Shown: positions 36,244-45,504, counted from the first letter of the stretch. The stretch is 64,000 bases of DNA from Candidatus Binatus sp. (GCF_050013435.1 NZ_JBEKFG010000001.1:12556-76555), one strand, 5' to 3'. The notes: generated by a model not told the origin, from the letters alone. Program-made: numbers and translations.

Positions 36244-37433
36244 GCGCGCCGATCGCGCCAATCGCGCGCGCAGTCCTCAAGCGCGGCCGGGAAGGACCGG
36301 TCCGCGGCGGCAATCCGTGGATCTTCTCGCAAGCGGTCGAGCGGATTGAACCGCCTTCGATCGAAGCCGGCGCTCCCGTCACCGTGCACGACGCCTCGGG
36401 CGTGCTGCTCGGCATGGGTTACTGCAATCCGGCGACGACGATCGCAATCCGGATGCTTGCGTGGGGAGAGGCGCCCCCAATCGAAGAACTGGTTGCGCGC
36501 CGGCTCAGCGGCGCACTTGAACTTCGCCGCCGTTTCATCCGCGACGATACGAATTCGTACCGCCTCGTCAACGGTGACGGCGATGGGCTGTCGGGCGTGG
36601 TCGTCGATCGGTTCGGCGACGTGCTGGTCGTGCAAATCCTGACCGCCGGCACGGACCGGATGCGCGCGACGATTGTCGCCGCGCTCAGCGATCTGCTTCA
36701 TCCGCGCTCTATCATCGAACGAAGCCACGGCGCGGTGAGAAAGCAGGAAGGCCTCGACGACCACGCCGCGGTTTTAGCCGGCGAAGCTGTGACCGGGACG
36801 ATCGCGGCCGAGAACGGAATTAAACTCAAGATAGATTTCGAGCACGGGCAGAAGACCGGTTATTTTCTGGATCAACGCGATAACCGCGCGATGGCGGGCC
36901 GGATCGCGTCCGGGGCGCGGGTGCTCGACGCGTTCTGCTACCAGGGTGGATTCTCGATGGCGGCGATTGCGGGCGGCGCCGCGCGGATCGTCGCCGTCGA
37001 TACCTCTGCGCGGGCGCTCGAAATCGCGCGGCAAAATCTCGAACTGAACGAGTACCCCGCCGGCGCCGTCGAGTTCGTTCACGGCGAAGCGGGCAAGTTC
37101 ATGGCCGAGACGGCCGAGCGCTTCGATCTGATCGTGCTCGATCCGCCGCCGCTGGCGCGCAGCCGAGGCGATGCGGACCGGGCGGGGCGGCTATACGTGG
37201 AACTCAACTCGGTGGCGATGCGGGCGCTGGCGCCGGGCGGACGTCTGATGACGTTTTCGTGCTCGACGCATTTCCGCGCCGAGGATTTCGTCCGTGCGGT
37301 GCGATTTTCCGCATCCAACGCCGGGCGCAAGCTTCGCTTGCTTGCGCATCTGGGGCCCGGCCCGGACCATCCTGTGCTGCTCGGTCACAGCGAGGGCGAG
37401 TACCTGACCGGCCTGTTGCTGTCGGATCTGTAA
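36228..37433 (+). CDS. class I SAM-dependent rRNA methyltransferase (RlmI/RlmK-like, PUA + MTase)
   Basis: N-terminal PUA-like region (LKRGREGPVRGGNPWIF). GYFLDQRDNR, VLDAFCYQGGFS, LIVLDPPP. Overlaps moaC by 16 nt. Confidence 0.85.
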   Translation: MAGALSAPIAPIARAVLKRGREGPVRGGNPWIFSQAVERIEPPSIEAGAPVTVHDASGVLLGMGYCNPATTIAIRMLAWGEAPPIEELVARRLSGALELRRRFIRDDTNSYRLVNGDGDGLSGVVVDRFGDVLVVQILTAGTDRMRATIVAALSDLLHPRSIIERSHGAVRKQEGLDDHAAVLAGEAVTGTIAAENGIKLKIDFEHGQKTGYFLDQRDNRAMAGRIASGARVLDAFCYQGGFSMAAIAGGAARIVAVDTSARALEIARQNLELNEYPAGAVEFVHGEAGKFMAETAERFDLIVLDPPPLARSRGDADRAGRLYVELNSVAMRALAPGGRLMTFSCSTHFRAEDFVRAVRFSASNAGRKLRLLAHLGPGPDHPVLLGHSEGEYLTGLLLSDL

Positions 37434-37446
37434 TTCGCGGATCCCA

Positions 37447-37565
37447 CCGTGGCAGGGGTGACCCCTGCACCCAGTGTTAAGGCCGCGCTCCGTTGTCGCG
37501 CGCGGCCCCTGCCAACGGCTTAATACTGCGCTGCCGTCGCCACGGCCAGGGGTAACCCCTGCACT
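37447..37565 (+). repeat. intergenic palindromic repeat element, copy 2 (full form)
   Basis: CCGTGGCAGGGGTGACCCCTGCACCCAGTGTTAAGGCCGCGCTCCGTTGTCGCGCGCGGCCCCTGCCAACGGCTTAATACTGCGCTGCCGTCGCCACGGCCAGGGGTAACCCCTGCAC. Starts 14 nt after the rlmI-like stop. Confidence 0.8.
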
Positions 37566-37858
37566 TTAGTAAGAAGAGAAGATGCTGGCTTCGCCCTGTT
37601 AGAACTTTTTTTGTGTCATTCTTGAGCGGAGCGAAGAATCCCGGATCTTAGCCCGCCTGTTATTTCACGGGAGGCGTCACGGACACGCGGTGGCCGGCTG
37701 CAACGCGGCTGGTAGGTGAGGGTTCTGCGACCGCATCACAAAAGCGAGCGGCCGCATGGCGGGGCGCGCGGGAGTTCGCCGGGATCGTAGGTGGAACGCG
37801 CCGGGCACAGCCGCACGAGCCGAGCTTCCGGTAGACAACGCCTGCGTGGTAGGTTGCA

Positions 37859-37892
37859 GGCTGCCCCGTCAATAGGGGGCAGCCCCTTTTTT
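37859..37892 (+). terminator. intrinsic terminator hairpin immediately upstream of an RBS (possible attenuator or riboswitch expression platform)
   Basis: GGCTGCCCC-gtcaatag-GGGGCAGCC: a 9-bp GC-rich stem followed by CC-TTTTTT. AGGAG at 37894-37898 and ATG at 37904 follow directly. Confidence 0.7.
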
Positions 37893-37903
37893 CAGGAGCT
37901 GGC

Positions 37904-38737
37904 ATGCCACTGTACATGGATGTTCATAACCTCCAGGGAGTAACCGCGGAGCAGATTGACCAGGCGCACGTCGCCGACCTCAAGGAGCAGGGGAAGTACG
38001 GCGTCAAGTATCTCAAGTACTGGTTCAACGAGAGCCACGGCAAGGCTTTCTGCCTGGTCGATGCGCCCAGTGCGGAGGCGGCGCAGTTAGTGCACCGCGA
38101 AGCGCACGGCCAGGTCGCAGAGAGAATTATCGAGGCCGATCCCGAGCTGGTAGAGGCATTTGTCGGCGGAGGAGAAACGAGTCCGTCAGGAGCGGTCCTC
38201 GTCCCTGGTGGCGCCGGCATCGAGCGAGACTCTGCCATCCGGACCATTCTCTTCACCGATATCGTCGGCTCGACGAATGAAGCCTTGGGAGACGATGCGG
38301 GCATGGCCCTGCTAGACGTCCACAACACGATCGTCCGCGACGCTCTGGCCGCGGCAGACGGCCGCGAGGTCAAGCATACCGGCGACGGCATCATGGCGTC
38401 CTTCGTGTCGGCGGCGGCGGCGGTTCACTCCGCAACCCGGATTCAGCGCGCCCTCGCCAAGCATCGGGAGGAGCACACAGAGCATCCACTCAAGGTTCGG
38501 ATCGGCGCCGCGGCAGGCGAGCCCGTCGAGCGTGAGCACGATCTCTTCGGCGCGACGGTGCAACTGGCCGCGCGGCTTTGCGCCCACGCCGAGCCCGATC
38601 AAATTCTGGTGTCGAACGTGGTTGCCGAGTTGTGCGTCGGAAAGGGCCTGCCCTTCAATGACCTGGGAGAGGTTTTGCTAAAAGGTTTCAGTCACCCGAT
38701 CCGGGTTCAAGCTGTCGAATGGTCCGGCGCAGCATAG
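37904..38737 (+). CDS. DUF4242 (SCO4226-like) domain fused to a class III adenylate/guanylate cyclase catalytic domain
   Basis: N-terminus MPLYMDVHNL.GVTAEQIDQAHVADLKEQGKYGVKYLKYWFNESHGKAFCLVDAPS. Cyclase region ILFTDIVGST..., VKHTGDGIMASF, LKVRIGAAAGEPV...DLFGATVQLAARL. Confidence 0.75.
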   Translation: MPLYMDVHNLQGVTAEQIDQAHVADLKEQGKYGVKYLKYWFNESHGKAFCLVDAPSAEAAQLVHREAHGQVAERIIEADPELVEAFVGGGETSPSGAVLVPGGAGIERDSAIRTILFTDIVGSTNEALGDDAGMALLDVHNTIVRDALAAADGREVKHTGDGIMASFVSAAAAVHSATRIQRALAKHREEHTEHPLKVRIGAAAGEPVEREHDLFGATVQLAARLCAHAEPDQILVSNVVAELCVGKGLPFNDLGEVLLKGFSHPIRVQAVEWSGAA

Positions 38738-38881
38738 GACTCTGCGGCAACCCCATAGAATCCTACAACTATGGGATTTGAATTGGCGACGATCTCCCCG
38801 CAGCGAATCGAGACGTTCAGGTGAGTCTAACTACCGTCTCCGGCCCAGATTTCCTTGAGTGAGCGATCGGGACAAGAGCTG

Positions 38882-40252
38882 CTATGGCTTGATGTTCTGG
38901 TTTAGGTGGAACAAGTTGCCGGGGTCGTACTTTCTCTTGATCGACACCAGCCGGGTGTAGTTGTCCTTGTAGTTATCCCTGATGCGGCCCTGGTCGTCAC
39001 CGGCCATGAAGTTGACGTATCCACCGGCCAGCGAGTGGGGCTCCAGCGCCTTGTAATAGTCCTTCACCCACTTGATGTTCTTCTGGTTGTCGGCGGGATC
39101 GGGCCACATGCCGGCGATCGTTGTCGCGAACTTGGCGTCGCGGTAGGCGAACGCGGTCGCATCGGAGGGAACACGGTTACAGGCGCCGTTGATCGGATAG
39201 ATGTGCATAGTCGAATTCACAACCGGCACCTTCGGCCCGAACTGGGCGTGTGCCGCAATCGCACCGTCCGTTAGCTCGGTCGCGAAAGAGGACTTCCAAT
39301 AGTGCTGCAGGCCCGGCGGGAGTAGCGGGTCGAACAAGCTGTTCATCGCATAGAAGGGCATCGGTGCAACCATCTCGGCCACGGCCTGCGCAGGCTTTCG
39401 GAACGCCGCCATCTGGTTCTTGCCGTCCTTGAGTGCGCCGGCCCAGCAGGCCACGATCGCACAGAAGGTCTTGCCGTGCTCCTTCTTGGGGATGAAAGGC
39501 AGCGGCGGCGCGATCTGAAACGCCGGGAAGAGTCCCATCTGCTCCGGCGCTGTCGCCACGTAGTCGCGGTAGAAGCTGAGCACGTCACGCGCCTTGTCGA
39601 CTGGATAGAAGAAGAGGCCCGCGACGACGTCCTTGACCGGGTGCAGCTGGAATTCGAACGATGTCACAACGCCGAAGTTGCCGCCGCCACCGCGCAGCGC
39701 CCAGAACAGGTCTTCATTCTCCCTGGCGCTGGCGACGACGAATCGCCCATCGGCGGTGACGACGTCCGCGGACAGCAGGTTGTCGAGCGAGAGACCAAAG
39801 GCTCGCGACAGGTAGCCGATTCCGCCGCCCAGTGTGAGGCCGGCGATCCCGGTGCTCGCGATGATCCCGCCGGTGGTCGCCAGTCCGAAGGCGTAGGTGG
39901 CGTGGTAGAAGTCGCCCCAGGTGCAACCGCCCTCGGCTCGCGCCGTCTGCTGGCGGGGATCGACGCGAATGCCATTCATCCTGCCCAGGTCGATTACGAC
40001 GCCGGCGTCGCAGGTGCCGAAGCCGGGTACGCTGTGCGAACCACCTCGCACCGCTAGATCGAGTCCATTGTCGCGGGCGTAGTCGATGCCCGCCATCACG
40101 TCCTCGACGTCGACGGCCCTCACGATGACCGACGGGCGCCGGTCGATCATCCCGTTGTAGACCTTGCGCGCCTCTTCGTACTCCGCGTCACTTGTCGTTA
40201 TCACCTGACCACGAGCGCGCGCTCGCAACATATCGACCGTCGGCTTTCCCAT
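38882..40252 (-). CDS. FAD-linked oxidase (VAO/BBE family)
   Basis: Start trimmed to ATG 40252. FAD-binding PCMH domain (PSVIVRAVDVEDVMAGIDYARDNGLDLAVRGGSHS). C-terminal BBE-like YVNF...RLVSIKRKYDPGNLF. Confidence 0.85.
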   Translation of the reverse strand: MGKPTVDMLRARARGQVITTSDAEYEEARKVYNGMIDRRPSVIVRAVDVEDVMAGIDYARDNGLDLAVRGGSHSVPGFGTCDAGVVIDLGRMNGIRVDPRQQTARAEGGCTWGDFYHATYAFGLATTGGIIASTGIAGLTLGGGIGYLSRAFGLSLDNLLSADVVTADGRFVVASARENEDLFWALRGGGGNFGVVTSFEFQLHPVKDVVAGLFFYPVDKARDVLSFYRDYVATAPEQMGLFPAFQIAPPLPFIPKKEHGKTFCAIVACWAGALKDGKNQMAAFRKPAQAVAEMVAPMPFYAMNSLFDPLLPPGLQHYWKSSFATELTDGAIAAHAQFGPKVPVVNSTMHIYPINGACNRVPSDATAFAYRDAKFATTIAGMWPDPADNQKNIKWVKDYYKALEPHSLAGGYVNFMAGDDQGRIRDNYKDNYTRLVSIKRKYDPGNLFHLNQNIKP

Positions 40253-40486
40253 TGCGATAACTCCTTGCGCGGGTGAATCGAGCCAACAATGCCACCAAGA
40301 CACAGTTACCTCAAGGAGTGGCGGACTGATTGCCGCAAGCAGGCCCGGCGGGGCGGATGATAGGTGGAGCAAAGGCGGCTAGAACCTTGCGGACATAAGC
40401 CATTCGGTCTATACGGCGGGTTGGAAGCGGAGAGTTAAAACGGAAATTGTGGCTCAGTCACGAAAAATTGTGACTCAAGCACGAAG

Positions 40487-41755
40487 ATGACCGGGGCAAT
40501 CCCGCAGTGGCGAGCTCATCCGCCGTTGCGGCTGCGCGCGCTCAATGCGGCCGGCCGCACCGCGCAGAGATTGGGCTTCGGGCGCGCGCCGCTCGATGCG
40601 GCGTCGCTGATCGAGGCCGCACGTGAGGCGACCGGGCTGGAAGACTTCGGTCCCGACCGCTTCCGCATCGGTCTGCGCACGCTGATCGAGTCTCTGGAAC
40701 ACGAAAGTCGCCTCAGCCCGATGGGACGCGTCGGGGCCCGACGCGAGTTCGTGGGCCATCTGGTCAACCGGCTGCGCGTGCTGGACTATCGCAAACGCCA
40801 TCCGGAAGTGGCGGCGGAAGAGATCCGCAGGCCGCTGTTCGTCATGGGGATGGCGCGTACCGGGACCACGCATCTGTTCGGGATGCTCGCGCAAGACCCG
40901 GCGAATCGCGCGCCCCAGACCTGGGAGGTATCCAATCCCTGTCCGCCGCCCGAGACGGCCACCTACGACAGCGACCCGCGCATCGAGGAGGCCGAGCGGC
41001 GCTTCGGATCGATGAAGCGGGCGATCCCCGGTTTCGACGCGATTCATCCAGTGAGCGCACGGCTTCCGCAAGAGTGCCTCATGATCCACGCGATGGACTT
41101 CCACAGCATGCTGTTCGAGGCAATGTACAACGTTCCGTCCTACGAGCGCTGGCTGGAGCTTCAGGACATGCGGCCGACGTATCGGTTACAACGCGATTTT
41201 CTTCAGCATCTGCAGTCGCGCTGTCCGGGGGAGCGATGGGTGCTCAAGTCGCCGGCCCATCTGATGACGCTCGACGCACTGCTCGACGTGTATCCCGACG
41301 CGATCATCGTTCAGACGCATCGCGACCCGCTCGAGGTGATCGGCTCGGCCGCCAGCCTTCACTGCACGCTGCGTTCCGCCTCGTGCGACGGAATCGATCC
41401 GCACGACGTGGGACGAGACCAACTCGACTTCTGGTCGCGTCATCTGGACCGTGCGATCGCGATCAGGGACGGCAGCGCGGACCAGGCGAGCCGGTTCTTC
41501 GACGTCCAATTCGAAGACCTGCTCTCGGATCCGCTGGGATGCGTCCGGCGCATCTACTCGCACTTTGGGATGGATCTGACGGACGAGGCGCAGGCGCGGA
41601 TGGGCAAGTTCATGGCGGAAAACGGGCGCGAGAAGCATGGCGTGCATCGCTACCGGCTGGAGATGTTCGGGATTGACGCTGCAGAAGCATCCGATCGTTT
41701 TGCCGCCTATTGCCGGCGTTTCGCCGTCAAGCGCCGAACCGGGCTCGGCGGATAA
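40487..41755 (+). CDS. sulfotransferase family protein
   Basis: 5'-PSB-like loop PLFVMGMARTGTTHLFGMLAQDP. WVLKSPAHL. 3'-PB-like region. Confidence 0.7.
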   Translation: MTGAIPQWRAHPPLRLRALNAAGRTAQRLGFGRAPLDAASLIEAAREATGLEDFGPDRFRIGLRTLIESLEHESRLSPMGRVGARREFVGHLVNRLRVLDYRKRHPEVAAEEIRRPLFVMGMARTGTTHLFGMLAQDPANRAPQTWEVSNPCPPPETATYDSDPRIEEAERRFGSMKRAIPGFDAIHPVSARLPQECLMIHAMDFHSMLFEAMYNVPSYERWLELQDMRPTYRLQRDFLQHLQSRCPGERWVLKSPAHLMTLDALLDVYPDAIIVQTHRDPLEVIGSAASLHCTLRSASCDGIDPHDVGRDQLDFWSRHLDRAIAIRDGSADQASRFFDVQFEDLLSDPLGCVRRIYSHFGMDLTDEAQARMGKFMAENGREKHGVHRYRLEMFGIDAAEASDRFAAYCRRFAVKRRTGLGG

Positions 41756-41878
41756 CGAGCAGACCCCTGACCCACGATCGACGCGCTCGCGCGCCGAGGA
41801 CTTCGTGCGAGCGGTGTGGCTTGCCAAGACCGCCTGATTGCTTGAGTATAGAGCAACTTTTTCCGCGGGATTGGCGCA

Positions 41879-43015
41879 ATGGAGCGAAACCTCCACGCAT
41901 ACAGCTTAATCAAGACGCTATTTGTTCTAATCGCGCTCGCGACCGCCGCGTGTCATCGCGAAGTTGCTTTGCCGCCGTTGCCGCTTAGCAATATCACGCT
42001 GACCGACAAGTTTTTCGATGTATGGCCGACCAGCCCGACGCGCGCGTTTGTCGTCGGCGATCGGGGCAAGGTGCTGTTGACCGAGGACGGCGGCCGTCAT
42101 TTCAAGCGGATCGACATCGGCACCCAGCTGGGTGTCTTCGGAATCCAGATGACCGACGATCGCAACGGTTACCTGTGCGGGCAGGACGGCCTGGTGATGC
42201 GCACGCGCGACGGCGGCAAGAGCTGGGAGCGTCTGAACTCGCGAACCAACCTGTTCATTTTCGGCCTGTCGTTTCCCGACGCGCTGCATGGCTTCTTTGT
42301 TGGCGACCGCGCGCTGGTGCTGAGCACGACCAACGGTGGCGAGAGTTTTACCAAGCGCCAGTTGCAGCGGCTCTTTCCGCAGGAGCTGTCCGACTACGCG
42401 CTGCCGTACGAGGAGCCGGTGCTTTACAGCGCGAGTTTCCTCGACGTCGATCACGGATGGGTGGTTGGCGAGCTCGGGCGGATCTGGGCGACCGAAAATG
42501 GCGGCAAGAGCTGGCAGGAGCAGCAGCAACCACTGGTGGCGCAATGGAAGCGTCCGCTCGGACCCGGCGACGATGCGCGCTTCGCGGATTTTATACTGCC
42601 GACTTTGTTCAGCGTCTCGTTCCGCGATCAAAAACATGGCGCGGCGTGCGGACTGGAGGGATGGGTGGTGGAGACCGACGACGGCGGCAAGAGTTGGCGG
42701 TTTGCCCATCAGGCGGACAAGCCGGGCGCGGCGCCTGACACGCTGGTTCCGGGAGCGGCGCAGATTCCGGCGCGCGATCCGCTGTTCTCGATCGATCTGT
42801 TTGCCGGCGACCAGGGAATCACCACCGGACTGACGGGCACCGTGCTTCGCCTTCAGCCCAACGGCGCATGGGCGCACGATCCGAGCGTGCCTGCGATTCC
42901 GTTCCCGTTCAGCCAGGTGCGGTTCTTCGACGCGCAGCACGGATGGATCGTCGGCTACGGCACCATCCTTTACACCGAGGACGGCGGCAAGACCTGGCGC
43001 CAGTGCCGGGGTTGA
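41879..43015 (+). CDS. BNR/Asp-box repeat beta-propeller (Ycf48-like), exported
   Basis: Six Asp-box motifs: TEDGGRHF, TRDGGKSW, TTNGGESF, TENGGKSW, TDDGGKSW, TEDGGKTW. N-terminal hydrophobic leader. Confidence 0.8.
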   Translation: MERNLHAYSLIKTLFVLIALATAACHREVALPPLPLSNITLTDKFFDVWPTSPTRAFVVGDRGKVLLTEDGGRHFKRIDIGTQLGVFGIQMTDDRNGYLCGQDGLVMRTRDGGKSWERLNSRTNLFIFGLSFPDALHGFFVGDRALVLSTTNGGESFTKRQLQRLFPQELSDYALPYEEPVLYSASFLDVDHGWVVGELGRIWATENGGKSWQEQQQPLVAQWKRPLGPGDDARFADFILPTLFSVSFRDQKHGAACGLEGWVVETDDGGKSWRFAHQADKPGAAPDTLVPGAAQIPARDPLFSIDLFAGDQGITTGLTGTVLRLQPNGAWAHDPSVPAIPFPFSQVRFFDAQHGWIVGYGTILYTEDGGKTWRQCRG

Positions 43016-43052
43016 ACGCGAACGCGCGAGTGCGGGGAATCCGGAGAACCCA

Positions 43053-45443
43053 ATGACCTGGTATCGGTTTGGCGAATGGATTCTGCGCTGGCGCTTCATC
43101 GTGCTGGCCCTGGTCGGCGTGCTCACCGCATTCTTCGGCTACTTCGCGGCGCAAACCCAGCTGGTTACCAGCTTCGGCGAACTGCTCCCGCAGAACCATC
43201 CGTTCATCCAGGTCGCGCACAAGTACGACCAGTACTTCGGCAGCGTCAACAACGTCACGATCATGATCGAGGCGAAAGAGGGGACGATCTACACCCCCGC
43301 GATCATCGGCAAAATAGTCCAGATGACGCGCGACATGGATGTGGTTTACGGCATCCAGCACGGCTCGGTGCGCTCGGTCGCGACTTCCAGCTATTTCCGC
43401 CCGCTGGCCGGCGGCGTGATTCTCAACACCCCGGTGCTGCCCAACGGCGACATTCCCAAGACCGCCGGCGAGCTGGATGAACTCGAGAGCAACGTCCACA
43501 AAAATCCCGGCGTGATCTTCGGCCGTTTCGTTTCGCTCGACGACAAGGCGGCGGTGATCGAAGGCAGCTTCCTCGAAACGCGACTCGACTACACGCGCAT
43601 CTTCGACGAGATTCGGCGAAACGTGGTCGAGCCGGAGCGCGACGAGTCGGTGCATATTTACTACGGCGGACAGCCGATCCTTTACGGATGGGTGTATCAC
43701 TACACGCCGGAATTTCTCTGGATCTTCGTCGCCACGGTGCTCGCGGTCTGGATGCTGCTCTATCTTTATTTCAGCGATTGGCGCGGTGCGCTGCGGCCGA
43801 CGATTTCCGGCGTAATTTGCGCCATCTGGGGGCTCGGCTTCATCCGGCTGCTCGGTTTCGGACTCGATCCGCTGGTGCTTGTCATTCCGTTCCTGATAAC
43901 CGCGCGCGCCGTCAGCCATTCAGTGCAAATGCACGATCGGTACTACGAAGAGTTTTACCGTCTGCGCGACAAGGAAAGGGCTATCCTGTCGTCGTTTTCC
44001 GAGCTGTTCGTTCCTTCGCTGTCGGGTATTTTGGCCGATGCGTTCGGCGTGCTCATCATCCTGCTCGTGCCGGTTCTGTTTCTGCAGAGGCTCGCGATCA
44101 CCGCGAGCTTCTGGATCGCCGCGATCATCGTGAGCGAGCTGATACTCAATCCGATCGTGTACTACTACCTCGACCCGCCGCGCATCGAGGTGATCGAGCG
44201 CCGCGAGCATGGCTGGTTCAAACGATTGCTGCAGTCAATCGCCAAACCGATGCTGGAAAGGTCGGGCCGCATCACCACCTTCGCCGCCACGATCGTGGTG
44301 ATTGTGCTGTGCGCGTTTTTCTGGACCGGACTCAAAGTCGGCGACCCGTCGTCGGAATCGCCGATTCTGTGGCCCAACTCGCCGTATAACCGTTCGATGG
44401 CCGCCATCCAGAGCGAGTTTGGGGCGATCGAGCAGTTCGTGGTTGTCGCGGAGCTTGCCCGGCGCGATTCGCTCAACGATCCCAAGCTGTACCACGTCAT
44501 GGACGAGTATGAGCGCTACATGGAGCGCGATCCGGCGGTTGGGCGCACATTCTCGGTTGCCGATCTGCTGTCGAACGGAGGCTCCGCGCTCAGGGAATTC
44601 CAGCCCAAGTGGAATGTGCTGCCGACCACCACGCGCGGCACCGGACAGCTGCTCGGCGGATTGCTGGCCGGCGCGTCTCCGCTGTCGACCGCCTACATCA
44701 TCACGCCACGGCGCGACGCCACCCAGATTACGGTGTATTCCAAGGATCGCGAGGGCGAAAACGTCCAACGAATCGTGTTGCGCAGCCAGCGATTCTTCGA
44801 CGAGCCCAGGCATCACGTGCCCGGCGTGACGTTTTCTCTCGCCGCCGGAATAATCGGCGAACTCGCCGCCGCCAACCAGGAAATCATCGACAATGATCTT
44901 CTACTCAACGTACTCGCGTTCGCCACTATCTACATAATAATACTCATAACCTATCGCTCGTTCATGGCGGGACTCTATTTGCTATTCCCGCTGGCGCTCG
45001 CCAACGCCGCGATCAATGCCTTCATGGGCGCGCATGACATCGGTATCAACATTAATACTCTGCCGGTAGTCACTGTCGGCGTCGGGTTTGGAATTGACTA
45101 TTCCATCTACATAGTAAGCCGGATTATCGAAGGACTGGCGCTGGGCGGCGATCTCAAGGGCAGTACCTATACTGCCTTGATCACCTCGGGGAAGGCCGTC
45201 GCATTCACCGCACTGACGCTGGTCGCGTCGGTTCTGTTCTGGTACTGGTCGAGCATCCGCTTCGACGCCGAGATGGGGCTGCTGCTGGCGGTCTGGATGT
45301 TCGTTTCGATGCTTGGCGCCATGACCATTCTGCCCGTCTTGATCGTGACTTTCGATCCCGCCTTCATCCGCCGCGAGAAGGAACGCACGATCGCATCGAG
45401 GCGCCCCGACCTGGAAAGCCGCACGCTGGCCGCATTTTCCTGA
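43053..45443 (+). CDS. RND-superfamily exporter (MMPL/HpnN-like, two 6-TM bundles)
   Basis: 796 aa with a duplicated architecture: TM1, large loop, 5 TM, repeated twice. SSD-like segments. Starts 38 nt after the BNR gene. Confidence 0.8.
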   Translation: MTWYRFGEWILRWRFIVLALVGVLTAFFGYFAAQTQLVTSFGELLPQNHPFIQVAHKYDQYFGSVNNVTIMIEAKEGTIYTPAIIGKIVQMTRDMDVVYGIQHGSVRSVATSSYFRPLAGGVILNTPVLPNGDIPKTAGELDELESNVHKNPGVIFGRFVSLDDKAAVIEGSFLETRLDYTRIFDEIRRNVVEPERDESVHIYYGGQPILYGWVYHYTPEFLWIFVATVLAVWMLLYLYFSDWRGALRPTISGVICAIWGLGFIRLLGFGLDPLVLVIPFLITARAVSHSVQMHDRYYEEFYRLRDKERAILSSFSELFVPSLSGILADAFGVLIILLVPVLFLQRLAITASFWIAAIIVSELILNPIVYYYLDPPRIEVIERREHGWFKRLLQSIAKPMLERSGRITTFAATIVVIVLCAFFWTGLKVGDPSSESPILWPNSPYNRSMAAIQSEFGAIEQFVVVAELARRDSLNDPKLYHVMDEYERYMERDPAVGRTFSVADLLSNGGSALREFQPKWNVLPTTTRGTGQLLGGLLAGASPLSTAYIITPRRDATQITVYSKDREGENVQRIVLRSQRFFDEPRHHVPGVTFSLAAGIIGELAAANQEIIDNDLLLNVLAFATIYIIILITYRSFMAGLYLLFPLALANAAINAFMGAHDIGININTLPVVTVGVGFGIDYSIYIVSRIIEGLALGGDLKGSTYTALITSGKAVAFTALTLVASVLFWYWSSIRFDAEMGLLLAVWMFVSMLGAMTILPVLIVTFDPAFIRREKERTIASRRPDLESRTLAAFS

Positions 45444-45504
45444 TGATCGACTCTCATGAAAAATCCAATTCGGTGGCCGCGATGAAACTCGTGGTTCATC
45501 ATCA

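Noticed and set aside
37650-37860. Attempted assignment of the cyclase leader to known riboswitch classes (SAH-like GAGG..TGCGACC, ykkC/guanidine-like GGGTTC, cobalamin B12 box, GEMM)
   Set aside because: Only short partial word matches were found, in the wrong order or spacing. No class can be supported by eye, so it is reported only as an unclassified leader plus terminator.
41927-43126. 399-aa minus-strand ORF antisense to the BNR gene. Similar long antisense ORFs occur at 46111..47331, 47253..48179, 48995..49963, 53048..53995, 55797..56690 and 59827..60852.
   Set aside because: Each overlaps a plus-strand gene with recognisable domains. The translations are dominated by Arg, Ala, Pro and His, as expected from GC-rich antisense frames.
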